Program-made: the position numbers and the translations under genes
In this document: one piece after another, positions 55,941 through 64,000 of the stretch
Layout: each line of letters opens with the position of its first letter
Position numbering within the stretch: position 1 is the first letter of the stretch
The notes under the pieces: model-generated
The model's input: only the letters and a program-made list of their open reading frames with translations
Databases searched by the model: none
Told to the model about the DNA's origin: nothing
Source of the DNA: Burkholderiales bacterium
GTDB lineage: Bacteria > Pseudomonadota > Gammaproteobacteria > Burkholderiales > Burkholderiaceae_C
Length of the DNA: 64,000 nucleotides
Assembly (NCBI GenBank): GCA_028872015.1
Contig: JAGWLO010000011.1
Span: 325 to 64,324 of the forward strand
Reading direction: 5' to 3'

Positions 55941-57233
55941 CTACTGCACCTGCAGCGCGCGCAGCCGCGCCAGCTTGGCGCTGTACAGATCGTGGCTGTG
56001 GGTGGTGTAGCTGTTGTCGCGCGCCTGCTCGAGGTGGCGCGCGGCCGCCTCCCGGTGGCCGAGCTGCAGGTCGGCCAGCGCCGCCCAGAAGTGCACGTCG
56101 GGCTGGTCGGGCTGCAGCTGCAACTCTTGCGCGAACCACTGGCGGGCCCGCGCGTAGTCGCCCCGGGCCATGGCCTGGCGGCCCAGCTCGAAGGCCTCGA
56201 ACGGCACCTCGGGCTGGATCGCCGCCAGCCGCGCCGCCACCGCCTGCGCCTGGGCGCTGCGCCCCTGCCGCTGCAGCGCCGTCACCAGATTGCCCAGGGC
56301 CGTGGTGCTTCGGGGCTCCAGCGCCAGCACCTGCTGCAGCGCGGCCTCGGCCGCCGCGGGGTGCCCGGCCTGGAGGTAGATCACGGCCAGCGTGTTGAGC
56401 GCGGCGCCGAATCGGGGCCCGCGCAACACCGCCGCGCGGGCCCAGGCGTAGGCGTCGGCCAGCCGGCCGTCGGCCAGCGCCTCGGCGGCCCGGTTGTTGT
56501 AGAACATCGCGAGCACCGTGCTCGCGTCGATGCGCTCGGTGCGGCGGGCGCCGAATTCGCTGGGCGGCACGAAGTCCACCTGCAGGTCGCTCGCCGGCGG
56601 CCAGCGCGCGAAGCTGTCGTTCAGCGACGGCGACAGCACCAGGTTGACGTGACCGTTGGCGAACACCAGCGCGCCCGCCAGGCTGTAGCTGGGCGGCTCG
56701 AGCACGCGCTGGTAGCTCACGGGCAGGCCCAGGTAGCGGGCGAAGGCGGCCGTCATGATGACCAGCGACAGGCAGTTGCCTGCGCGCGCCTCGAAAGCCT
56801 GGGCCGCCGTGCGCGTGGCGCCGGCGTCGTAGCGCAGCTGCAGCGGGCCGTGGTGGTACAGCGCGTCGAGCAGCGCCTGGCGCGGATCGCCGCCGTGCCG
56901 CGCCGGGTGCGCCCGCAGCGTCTGGTCGGCGAATCGGCGCATGGCGTCGCTGAGCGCGAACACCGCTTCGGGCGTGATCGGGGCCTGCGAGGGCCCGAAG
57001 TAGGCATCGTGCAGCAGGGGCTGCACAGCGGGCGCCGGCGGTGCCGCGGAGGGTGCGGTGACGCAGCCGCCCAGCCAACCCGCCAAGGCGCATGCGGCGA
57101 TCAGGGCGACAGGGGTGCGGCGCCCGCCCCCATGCAGGCCCCCGAACCGGCCGCGCGGGCCGATTCGCCTGCGGCGCTGCTCTGACGTCGGGCGGGCCCG
57201 ATCCGGGGTACGGCAGTTCGGCGTTGCGCGCAT
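55941..57233 (-). CDS. Lipoprotein with transglutaminase-like cysteine-protease core and C-terminal TPR repeats
   Basis: Lipobox LAGWLGGC. AGNCLSLVIMTAAFARYLGLP (transglutaminase-like Cys). At least four TPR-like repeats at the C-terminus. Start uncertain: ATG 57233 or an internal non-ATG. Confidence 0.6.
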   Translation of the reverse strand: MRATPNCRTPDRARPTSEQRRRRIGPRGRFGGLHGGGRRTPVALIAACALAGWLGGCVTAPSAAPPAPAVQPLLHDAYFGPSQAPITPEAVFALSDAMRRFADQTLRAHPARHGGDPRQALLDALYHHGPLQLRYDAGATRTAAQAFEARAGNCLSLVIMTAAFARYLGLPVSYQRVLEPPSYSLAGALVFANGHVNLVLSPSLNDSFARWPPASDLQVDFVPPSEFGARRTERIDASTVLAMFYNNRAAEALADGRLADAYAWARAAVLRGPRFGAALNTLAVIYLQAGHPAAAEAALQQVLALEPRSTTALGNLVTALQRQGRSAQAQAVAARLAAIQPEVPFEAFELGRQAMARGDYARARQWFAQELQLQPDQPDVHFWAALADLQLGHREAAARHLEQARDNSYTTHSHDLYSAKLARLRALQVQ

Positions 57234-57320
57234 CGGCCACCTCCGCCGGCCGCGGGTGCGGCCAAGAGACGCCGTGGATGCTACGCCGCACCGCGGCCGC
57301 CGGTGCAGGCGGCAGTGGCG

Positions 57321-57557
57321 TCAGCGCTGCGCCGCCGGCGGATCGAGATGCAGGCAGCCGCGCACCCGGCGCGCCGCCACGCGCAGCGCGCTGTGGGGCA
57401 GGGCGGCCGCGAGGTCGAGCACGCGGCGCGCGTAGTCGGCATCGCCCTGCAGCCGCTCCACGTGCAGCCCCACGCCGTGGCCGGACAGCAGCCACTTGAG
57501 CTCGACGATGGCGGCCAGGCAGGGCGAGCCGGGGTCGGGGTCGAGGGTGTCGTTCAT
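57321..57557 (-). CDS. Small (78-aa) hypothetical protein
   Basis: ATG 57557. Nearly all third positions are G/C. No recognisable motif. Confidence 0.4.
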   Translation of the reverse strand: MNDTLDPDPGSPCLAAIVELKWLLSGHGVGLHVERLQGDADYARRVLDLAAALPHSALRVAARRVRGCLHLDPPAAQR

Positions 57558-57645
57558 GGTCGGGGCGCTGCCCTGTGCCTGCTTCAACGGCCCGGCGCCC
57601 ACGACCGCCGACCCGGGTCTGGAGAGCACTCCCCAGCCGTCGGTA

Positions 57646-57651
57646 CAGAAT
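57646..57651 (+). promoter_or_regulatory. Candidate -10 hexamer (CAGAAT) for the dioxygenase/dehydratase pair
   Basis: TACAGAATCCGCGCC, 38 nt upstream of the ATG at 57689. Confidence 0.25.
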
Positions 57652-57688
57652 CCGCGCCGTTGCCCCCTGGTTCGAGCCCTCCCCGCCG

Positions 57689-58450
57689 ATGCCGATGTCA
57701 CCACCGCCACCCCCGCCGTCCCTCACCGGGCCTGCCGACCTGCCGGCGCAGCTGGCCGGTGCCGGCTGGGCCGTGCTCGATGCCGCCGGGCTGCGCATGC
57801 TGGCGGGGCTGGCCGCCATGCCGGCCGGCTGGGCGGCGCTGTGGCAGGCGCTGCCGCCCGACCCGCACCTGCGCGACGGTGGCCGCTACCGGCGGCGACG
57901 GCATGGCTGCTTCGTCATCGACGGCGCACAGGTGCAGGCCGCGCCGCACCGGGCCCACTGGCAGCCGGTGGAATACAACGCGCTGCACGGCGGCATCGAG
58001 CGCTGGTTCGAACCCCTGCCGCCCGAACTGCCGGCCGACCCGGCCTGGACGCGGCTGCTGCTGGCGCTGGCCGAGGTGGCCGCCTCGATGCACGGGCCGG
58101 CACGCTGGTTCGTCGAGGCGCACGCGTTCCGCATCGACACCGCCGGCGCAGGCGCCATCGGCCGGCCCACGCCCGAAGGCGCACACCGCGACGGCGTCGA
58201 CCTGGTGGCGGTGCTGCTGGTCGACCGCCACAACGTGAAGGGCGGCGAGACGCGCGTGTTCGACGCCCGCGGCCCGCAGGGCGTGCGCTTCACCCTGCAC
58301 GAGCCCTGGAGCGTGCTGTTGCTGGACGATGCCCGCGTGATCCACGAGACGACGCCGATCCAGCCGCTCGACCCGGCCCAGCCGGCCTGGCGCGACACCC
58401 TGGTGCTGACGCTGCGCCGCGGCGGCTTCCAGGGCCCGGGCGCAGCGTGA
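57689..58450 (+). CDS. 2-oxoglutarate/Fe(II)-dependent dioxygenase family protein (2OG-Fe_Oxy_2-like)
   Basis: 253 aa from MPMSPPPP. Facial-triad candidates PEGAHRDGVD (HxD) and ARVIHETTP. General pattern of the free-amino-acid hydroxylase family (PF10014 as I recall). Confidence 0.6.
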   Translation: MPMSPPPPPPSLTGPADLPAQLAGAGWAVLDAAGLRMLAGLAAMPAGWAALWQALPPDPHLRDGGRYRRRRHGCFVIDGAQVQAAPHRAHWQPVEYNALHGGIERWFEPLPPELPADPAWTRLLLALAEVAASMHGPARWFVEAHAFRIDTAGAGAIGRPTPEGAHRDGVDLVAVLLVDRHNVKGGETRVFDARGPQGVRFTLHEPWSVLLLDDARVIHETTPIQPLDPAQPAWRDTLVLTLRRGGFQGPGAA

Positions 58451-59484
58451 GCCCGCCGGGCCGCCCCCAGGGCGAACGCCGGCGTGCGCAGCACGAAGGC
58501 TCCGCGGCCAGCCCGCTGGCGATCAGCTTCGGCGACATCGAGGCCGCCGCCGCGCGCCTGCAGGGCGTGGCGCAGCGCACGCCGGTGCTGACCTCGGCCA
58601 GTGCCGATGCGCGCACCGGGGCGCGGGTGTTCTTCAAGGCCGAGAACCTGCAGCGCATGGGCGCCTTCAAGTTCCGCGGCGCGTACAACGCGCTGGCCCG
58701 CTTCAGCCCCGCCCAGCGCGAGCGCGGCGTCATCGCCTACTCGTCGGGCAACCACGCGCAGGCCATCGCGCTGGCGGCGCGCATCCTGGGCCTGCCTTCG
58801 GTAATCGTGATGCCGCAGGACGCGCCCGCGGCCAAGCTGGCGGCCACGCGCGGCTACCAGCAAGGCCAGCGCGGCAGCGAAGTCGTGCTCTACGACCGCT
58901 ACACCGAAGACCGCGAAGCCCTGGGCGCGCGCCTGGCGGCCGAGCGCGGCATGACGCTGATCCCGCCCTACGACCATGCCGACGTGATGGCCGGCCAGGG
59001 CACGGCGGCCCTCGAGCTGATCGAACAGGTCGGCCCGCTCGACCGACTGCTGGTGTGCGTGGGCGGCGGCGGCCTCATCGCCGGCTGCGCCGTGGCCGCA
59101 CGGCACCGCTGCCCCGGCATCGAGATCACCGGTGTCGAGCCCGAGGCCGGCGACGACACGCGGCAGAGCCTGGCGCGCGGCGAGATCGTGCACATCGCCA
59201 CGCCGCAGACCATTGCCGACGGCGCGCAGACACAGCACAGCGGCCGGCTCACGTTCCCGGTGATCCAGCGCCTGGTGCGCGAGGTGGTGACCGTCAGCGA
59301 TGCGCAGCTGGTGGCCACCATGCGCTTCTTCGCCGAGCGCATGAAGCAGGTGGTCGAGCCCACCGGCTGCCTGGCCGCGGCGGCGCTGCTCGAAGGCGTG
59401 GTGCAGGCGCCGGGGCAGCGCGTGGGGGTCATCATCAGCGGCGGCAACGTCGACCTGGCGCGCTATGCCGGACTGATTGCCTGA
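58447..59484 (+). CDS. PLP-dependent serine/threonine dehydratase family enzyme (serine racemase / threo-3-hydroxyaspartate ammonia-lyase-like)
   Basis: GTG 58447 overlaps the upstream TGA (GTGA). FFKAENLQRMGAFKFRGAYN (PLP Lys), SSGNHAQAIALAA, and a GGGGLIAG glycine loop. Confidence 0.8.
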   Translation: MSPPGRPQGERRRAQHEGSAASPLAISFGDIEAAAARLQGVAQRTPVLTSASADARTGARVFFKAENLQRMGAFKFRGAYNALARFSPAQRERGVIAYSSGNHAQAIALAARILGLPSVIVMPQDAPAAKLAATRGYQQGQRGSEVVLYDRYTEDREALGARLAAERGMTLIPPYDHADVMAGQGTAALELIEQVGPLDRLLVCVGGGGLIAGCAVAARHRCPGIEITGVEPEAGDDTRQSLARGEIVHIATPQTIADGAQTQHSGRLTFPVIQRLVREVVTVSDAQLVATMRFFAERMKQVVEPTGCLAAAALLEGVVQAPGQRVGVIISGGNVDLARYAGLIA

Positions 59485-59570
59485 TGGCCTGATCGCCTGG
59501 CTGCCTGGCCAGCGGGCCACCCACGGGCTGGGTTATGGTCGCGGCCTTCGCCGTCTGGAGATCCTGCACC

Positions 59571-61058
59571 ATGGCCGACACGCCCGCCGCCGCCCCCGAT
59601 GCCGATGCCGCCAAGCGGCAGAAGGAGCATGTCGACAAGCTGCTGGCGCGGCCGGCGGCCGAAAGCAGCGGCTCGGTGACGCTGGCCGGCAGGCGCCTGG
59701 ACTACCGCGTGCATGCGGCCTTCGTGCCGGTGGCCGCCGAGGGCTTCGACGGCGACCGCGCCGAGCCCGAGGCGGCCGTGCTGGCCACCGCCTACCTGCT
59801 GAAAGACGTGGACGCCGCGGCGCGGCCGGTCTGCTTCGCCTTCAACGGCGGCCCCGGCTCGGCCTCGGTGTGGCTGCACCTGGGCGCGCTCGGACCCAAG
59901 CGCGTGGTCGTGCCCGACGACGGCAGCATGCCGCTGCCGCCCTACGCGGTGCAGGACAACCCGCACAGCTGGCTGGCGCACTTCGACCTGGTGTTCATCG
60001 ACCCGCCGCACACCGGCTGGTCGGTCACCGCCAGCGAGGCCGCGCGCAAGAAGATGCTGTCGGTGGACGGCGACATCGATGCGCTGGCCGAGGTGATGCG
60101 GCTGTGGCTGACGCGGCACAAGCGCTGGGGCTCGGCGGTGTACCTGGCCGGCGAGAGCTACGGCACGACCCGCGGCGCGGGCCTGGCCGACAAGCTGCAG
60201 AACCTGGGCGTGGCGCTGCGCGGTCTGATCCTGGTGTCGTGCGCGATGGACCTGCAGAGCATCGTCTTCGCCCCGGCCAACGACCTGCCGTACGCGCTCT
60301 TCCTGCCCGCGTTCGCCAACGTGGCGCAGTACCACGGCCTGCTGCAGGGGCCGCAGGCGGCGTCGCCGGCCGCCGCGCGCGCCGCGGCCGAGGCCTTCGT
60401 CAGCGACGACTACACCGCCGCGCTGCACGCCGGCGCGCGCCTGGGCGAGAAGCAGCGCAGCCGCATCGCACGCCGCGTGGCCGAGCTCACCGGCCTGCCG
60501 CGGGCGCTGGTGGAAGAGAAGAACCTGCGCATCAGCGACCAGACCTTCTTCTTCGAAGCCCTGCGGCACCGTGGACGCATCGTCGGCCGGCTGGAGGCGC
60601 GCGCCACCGGCCCGATGGCCGCCAGCCGCACCCGCGAGTGGGAATTCGACCCCGGCATCGAGGCCATCGCCGCGCCCTACACGATGGCGGCGATGGCCTA
60701 TTACGGCGAGCAGCTGGGCCTGGGCTTCGAGCCGCGCTACCAGGTGCTGTCGATGGAGGTCAACAGCGGCTGGAACTGGCAGCGCAGCGGGCCGGGCCGG
60801 ATGGGCTTCGCCTCCACCAGCCCCGACCTGGCGCGCGCCCTGCGGCGCAACCCGCACCTGAAAGTGCTGGCCGCCAGCGGCCGCTACGACCTGGGCACGC
60901 CGTACAGCGCCAGCGACTGGTCGCTGGCCCAGCTGGACGCCCCGCCCGAGGTGCTGGCGCGGGTGCAGCACCGCTACTACGACGCCGGCCACATGATGTA
61001 CACGCGGCAGGCCGACCTGCGCCAGCTCGAAGCCGACCTGGCGGCCTGGCTGGCCTGA
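59571..61058 (+). CDS. Peptidase S10 (serine carboxypeptidase) family protein
   Basis: Start at MADTPAA. FAFNGGPGSASVWLHLGALGP and the catalytic GESYG motif. No obvious signal peptide. Confidence 0.75.
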   Translation: MADTPAAAPDADAAKRQKEHVDKLLARPAAESSGSVTLAGRRLDYRVHAAFVPVAAEGFDGDRAEPEAAVLATAYLLKDVDAAARPVCFAFNGGPGSASVWLHLGALGPKRVVVPDDGSMPLPPYAVQDNPHSWLAHFDLVFIDPPHTGWSVTASEAARKKMLSVDGDIDALAEVMRLWLTRHKRWGSAVYLAGESYGTTRGAGLADKLQNLGVALRGLILVSCAMDLQSIVFAPANDLPYALFLPAFANVAQYHGLLQGPQAASPAAARAAAEAFVSDDYTAALHAGARLGEKQRSRIARRVAELTGLPRALVEEKNLRISDQTFFFEALRHRGRIVGRLEARATGPMAASRTREWEFDPGIEAIAAPYTMAAMAYYGEQLGLGFEPRYQVLSMEVNSGWNWQRSGPGRMGFASTSPDLARALRRNPHLKVLAASGRYDLGTPYSASDWSLAQLDAPPEVLARVQHRYYDAGHMMYTRQADLRQLEADLAAWLA

Positions 61059-61089
61059 TCACCCGGTCGAAAGACCCTGCGCAGGCGGC

Positions 61090-61596
61090 CTACAGCAGGC
61101 GCTGCAGATCAGGCCGGCGCTCGTGCAGCGCCGCCACCAGCGCCGCATCGTCGCGGCCGAAGCCGAAGTCGCCGAATTCGAATCCCGGACCGACTGTCGC
61201 GCCGACATAGGCGTATTCGCCCAGCGGCTCGGCCGCCTGCCACCAGCCCGCGGGCACCACGTGGCGCGGCGCGCCTCGGGGCCCGGTCGTGCCCGCAGGC
61301 ACCAGGTCCACGGCCGTGTAGGCGTCCAGCGTCGGCGGCGCCAGCCACAGGCGCAGCGGCCCGCCTTCCAGCAGGTGCCAGGCCTCGTCCGAGGCCACGC
61401 GGTGCCAGGCCGAGAACTGCCCGGCCGCGAGCAGGAAATCGATGCTGGTGAGGGCGCTGCGCAGCGGCCGCCCGTCTTGCGGCAGCACGGCCTGCGGCGA
61501 GCGGTGGACCTCGGCGTACCACCCGCCCTCCGGGTGCGGCGCCAGGCCCAGCAGGCGCACCAGCTCGGCGGCGCGGCCGGTGGGCGCGGCACTCAT
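61090..61596 (-). CDS. DUF985 cupin-superfamily protein
   Basis: 168 aa from MSAAPTGRAAELVRLLGLAPHPEGGWYAEVHRS. LxPHPEGGxY is typical of DUF985. Confidence 0.75.
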   Translation of the reverse strand: MSAAPTGRAAELVRLLGLAPHPEGGWYAEVHRSPQAVLPQDGRPLRSALTSIDFLLAAGQFSAWHRVASDEAWHLLEGGPLRLWLAPPTLDAYTAVDLVPAGTTGPRGAPRHVVPAGWWQAAEPLGEYAYVGATVGPGFEFGDFGFGRDDAALVAALHERRPDLQRLL

Positions 61597-61660
61597 CGGG
61601 GGATCATCGGGCGCTGGCTTTCGGCACCGCTTCGGCGCCTTCTCGGCGCTCTTTCGACGT

Positions 61661-62410
61661 TCATGCGGCTTCGCGCACGTCGGCCACCGGCTGGCTGCCG
61701 AAGTCGGCGCGGTCCAGCATCCGCAGCACCTTGGCGGCGGCCTCGGCGGGCCTGTCGAGCAGGCCGCCGGCCTGCAGCGCCACGAAGCGTTCGCGCTCGG
61801 GAAAGAGCGCCGCATCGGCGGTGCGCAGCTGCTGCTGCATGTCGGTGTCGATCACGCCCGGCGCCAGCGAGACGATGCGGGCGCCGTGCGGCCGCCCGGC
61901 TTCCTCCAGCGCCACGGCGCGCGCCAAGTGGTCGAGGCCGGCCTTGGCGGCGCAGTAGGCCGCCTGGCCCGCCATCGCGCGCCGGCCCAGGCCGGACGAG
62001 ATGAGCAGCACCTTGCGCGGCACCGGCCAGGCGGCGGTGGCGCGCAGGAACGCCGCCGTCAGCAGCAGCGGCGCTTCCAGCCCCACGCGCAAGGCGTTCG
62101 CCAGTCCGTCGGCGCCCTGCGCCGCCAGCGGCGCCGGCGCCGCGATCACGCCGGCGTTGTTGATCAGCGTGGCCGGGCCCAGGTCCGGTGTCGACAGTGT
62201 GGCCAGCCAGGCGGCCAGCCGCTCGGCCACGGGTGCGGGGTCGGCCAGGTCGGCGGCCCAGTGCGTCAGGCCTTCGGCCGGGGTCGAGAGCACCGGGCTG
62301 CGGCGCGAGATCGCGAGCACCCGGTGCCCGCGCGCCAGCAACTGTTCGGCCAGTGCCAGGCCCAGGCCGCGCGAGGCGCCGGTGACGATCGTCAAAGGGG
62401 TGGGTGTCAT
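61661..62410 (-). CDS. Short-chain dehydrogenase/reductase (SDR)
   Basis: IVTGASRGLGLALAEQL, NNAG and YCAAKAG motifs. Confidence 0.85.
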   Translation of the reverse strand: MTPTPLTIVTGASRGLGLALAEQLLARGHRVLAISRRSPVLSTPAEGLTHWAADLADPAPVAERLAAWLATLSTPDLGPATLINNAGVIAAPAPLAAQGADGLANALRVGLEAPLLLTAAFLRATAAWPVPRKVLLISSGLGRRAMAGQAAYCAAKAGLDHLARAVALEEAGRPHGARIVSLAPGVIDTDMQQQLRTADAALFPERERFVALQAGGLLDRPAEAAAKVLRMLDRADFGSQPVADVREAA

Positions 62411-62455
62411 GCGGCAGGCGAGTCGGCGGGTGGCGGTCGGGTGAGTGCTTCGAGG

Positions 62456-63028
62456 TCAGACGTGGAAGTAGGCGAGGGCGCCCACCACCAGGCCCAGGCC
62501 GCTCATCACGAACACGGCCTTCTCGAGCCAGCGGCGCCGGGTCAGCAGCGCGATGGCGGCCATCGCGATGGCGATCTGCAGCGCGGTGGTGGCCTGGGCC
62601 CAGCGGTGGTGCTGGTGCAGCTGGGCCTCGCTCCTGGCGTCGTAGGCGGCCGACTCCTGTTCCAGCTTCTCGGCCGCCAGCTTGAGTTGCGCCTTCTCGG
62701 CGGCGTAGCGCTTGGCCTCGCTGGCGAAAAAGGGCTTGCGGGCGGGGTCCACCAGCTGCAGGCCCAGCTCGGCGAGGTTCTGCTTGCTGCTCTTGGCCTG
62801 GTAGAAGTTCCACTGGTCGGAGGCCTCGGTCTTCTTGATCGCGGCGTCGTTCTTCAGCAGGCCGGCATCGGCCTGGGTGGCGCCGGCCATGTACGAGAAC
62901 ATGGCCCCCACGGTAGCGAGGATCGCCGTCATCACCGCCAACTGGCCGGCCATGCCCTTGGGGTCTGCTTCGGCGGCCTGGTCCAGCCGGTCCTCGTGGG
63001 CTCCACGCACTTCGAATCCTTCGGCCAT
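62456..63028 (-). CDS. DUF4337-like membrane protein
   Basis: 190 aa. N-terminal TM, a long coiled segment (DQWNFYQAKSSKQNLAE) and a C-terminal TM pair. Pattern that I associate with DUF4337. Confidence 0.6.
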   Translation of the reverse strand: MAEGFEVRGAHEDRLDQAAEADPKGMAGQLAVMTAILATVGAMFSYMAGATQADAGLLKNDAAIKKTEASDQWNFYQAKSSKQNLAELGLQLVDPARKPFFASEAKRYAAEKAQLKLAAEKLEQESAAYDARSEAQLHQHHRWAQATTALQIAIAMAAIALLTRRRWLEKAVFVMSGLGLVVGALAYFHV

Positions 63029-63134
63029 CGGCGGCTCCGGTTGGCGGTGTCGAGCGTCGGCGACGACGGTCTGCGACGGATGACGGGCGGGGATGCCCGA
63101 CCGATCGAGCCCGCACTGTAGCGGCAGGCGCGGC

Positions 63135-63773
63135 CTAGAACGGCGGCGGGCTCTCGAACGCCAGGGCGGTGCCCTGCAGCGGATGCGTCAGCGCCAGCCG
63201 CGCCGCGTGCAGCAGCAGCCGCGGGGCGCGCAGCGGCGGTGGCGCATACAGCGCGTCGCCGCGGATGGGGTGGCCGACGGACTGCAGATGCACGCGCAGC
63301 TGGTGCGTGCGGCCGGTGAGGGGCTCGAGCGCAAGCCGCGTGGCATCGGCGGCGCGGGCCAGCACCCGCCAGCGCGTCAGCGAGGGCTTGCCGTGTAGCG
63401 CGTCCACCACCTGGCGCGGCCGGTTCGGCCAGTCGGCGGCCAGCGGCGCCGCGATCTCGCCGGACTCGCCGGCCAGTTGGCCCTCGACCACCGCCACATA
63501 GTGCTTGGCCACGCGGCGCTCGGCGAAGGCGGCGCTGAGCAGCCGGTGCGCGGCGGCCCCGCGCGCGAACACCATCAGTCCCGAGGTGGCCATGTCCAGC
63601 CGGTGCACGACCCGCGCATCGGGGTAGGCCGCCTGCACCCGCCCCGCCAGGTGGTGCGCGCCTTCGTCGCCGCGCCCCGGCACCGCCAGCAGGCCGGCCG
63701 GCTTGACGACGACCACCAAGGCGGCGTCGGCATGCAGAACCTCCAGCTCGTCGATCGGCAGGGCGGGCAGCAT
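63135..63773 (-). CDS. RluA-family pseudouridine synthase
   Basis: VVVKPAGLL, HRLDMATSGLMVFA (catalytic Asp) and GRTHQLRVH motifs. Start at 63773 or the upstream ATG at 63827. Confidence 0.8.
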   Translation of the reverse strand: MLPALPIDELEVLHADAALVVVVKPAGLLAVPGRGDEGAHHLAGRVQAAYPDARVVHRLDMATSGLMVFARGAAAHRLLSAAFAERRVAKHYVAVVEGQLAGESGEIAAPLAADWPNRPRQVVDALHGKPSLTRWRVLARAADATRLALEPLTGRTHQLRVHLQSVGHPIRGDALYAPPPLRAPRLLLHAARLALTHPLQGTALAFESPPPF

Positions 63774-63852
63774 GGCAGGCGGCGGACTCAGCGGTGAGAG
63801 CACCGGCCGGAACACCGGCGGGAGCACCCGTGTAGATGCCGTGGCCCGATCC

Positions 63853-64000
63853 TCAGGCCCGTGCCGCGGCGGCGCCGGCCTGCAGCAACGCGTCGCGCCG
63901 GGCGAGTGCGGGAAACAGACGCAGCCACAGGCCCGCCACCGCCAGCGTGGCCAGGCCGCCGAGCACGACCGAGCCCACCGGCCCCAGCGCCGCCGCGGTG
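63853..64000 (-). CDS. C-terminal fragment of a membrane protein (possibly MFS-type transporter), 5-prime part outside the window
   Basis: Minus-strand frame reads ...TAAALGPVGSVVLGGLATLAVAGLWLRLFPALARRDALLQAGAAAARA-stop. High GC3. A TM helix followed by a basic tail. Confidence 0.4.
   Translation of the reverse strand, partial: TAAALGPVGSVVLGGLATLAVAGLWLRLFPALARRDALLQAGAAAARA

Noticed and set aside
59531-59551. GGTTATGGTC decamer identical to the left part of the 9114 palindrome region, upstream of the S10 peptidase gene.
   Set aside because: The position 10 nt after TATG reads TCGC, not CATA, so there is no palindrome. It is more likely just a TATGGT -10-like hexamer. It does slightly weaken the 9114 site, whose left half could also simply be a -10 box.
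1-64000. Mobile elements, prophage or integrase remnants, toxin-antitoxin or restriction-type defence genes, tRNA/rRNA genes, CRISPR arrays.
   Set aside because: None of the called products has recognisable transposase, integrase, phage or defence motifs. No intergenic region (the largest are 238, 209 and 181 nt) has a tRNA-like cloverleaf or repeat-spacer structure. No AT-rich compositional island is visible. A tRNAscan, Infernal or ISfinder-type search would be needed for certainty.

Overview
Very GC-rich chromosomal segment (third codon positions are almost uniformly G/C). Gene content and order look like a Burkholderiales-type betaproteobacterium, which is inference only. I call about 62 densely packed protein genes, many of them translationally coupled through ATGA/GTGA overlaps. 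I saw no rRNA, tRNA, CRISPR array, transposase, integrase, phage or recognisable defence genes, and no compositional island, so most of the window is ordinary chromosomal metabolism. Left to right: a LivHMGF-type ABC importer (1-3200). A roughly 20-kb molybdenum/tungsten and formate dehydrogenase supercluster (3238-22937) holding a ModE-HTH/PBP-like regulator, a DUF3305-DUF3306-polyferredoxin-TorD-like-mobA operon, a divergent Tat-exported FdhABC operon with three extra small exported proteins and fdhD, moeA, and two adjacent oxyanion ABC transporters (TupBCA-like and WtpABC-like). Then a PanE-like reductase and DUF962; tcuAB followed by a TRAP transporter; dcd, a YpfJ-like peptidase, a small basic protein and a FAD protein; FAH/SDR/cupin genes; lspA-ileS, an antisense hmgA, and ribF; a four-gene glycosyltransferase cluster; a pseudouridine synthase; paired acyl-CoA dehydrogenases; an aspartic protease, yajQ and murB. 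Then a hybrid sensor kinase overlapping a periplasmic molybdopterin-oxidoreductase-like gene; membrane and TPR/transglutaminase lipoprotein genes; a GTGA-coupled 2OG-Fe dioxygenase and PLP dehydratase pair plus an S10 peptidase; and a DUF985 cupin, an SDR, DUF4337, an RluA-type synthase and a partial membrane protein. Best leads: (1) a palindrome TATG-N10-CATA present in all three control regions of the Mo/W cluster, two of which are clearly paralogous promoter modules, with the ModE-HTH/PBP-like protein as candidate regulator; (2) the uncharacterised DUF3305/DUF3306/polyferredoxin/TorD-like operon as a possible FdhE-independent maturation or electron module for the Tat-exported FDH; (3) tandem Tup- and Wtp-type transporters; (4) a 9-nt G-rich repeat (G-quadruplex/i-motif potential) abutting the ileS start codon; (5) the dioxygenase/dehydratase pair. 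I do not see a clear-cut wholly new system such as a defence island. All family assignments come from reading motifs by eye. No searches were run, and several start codons are approximate.
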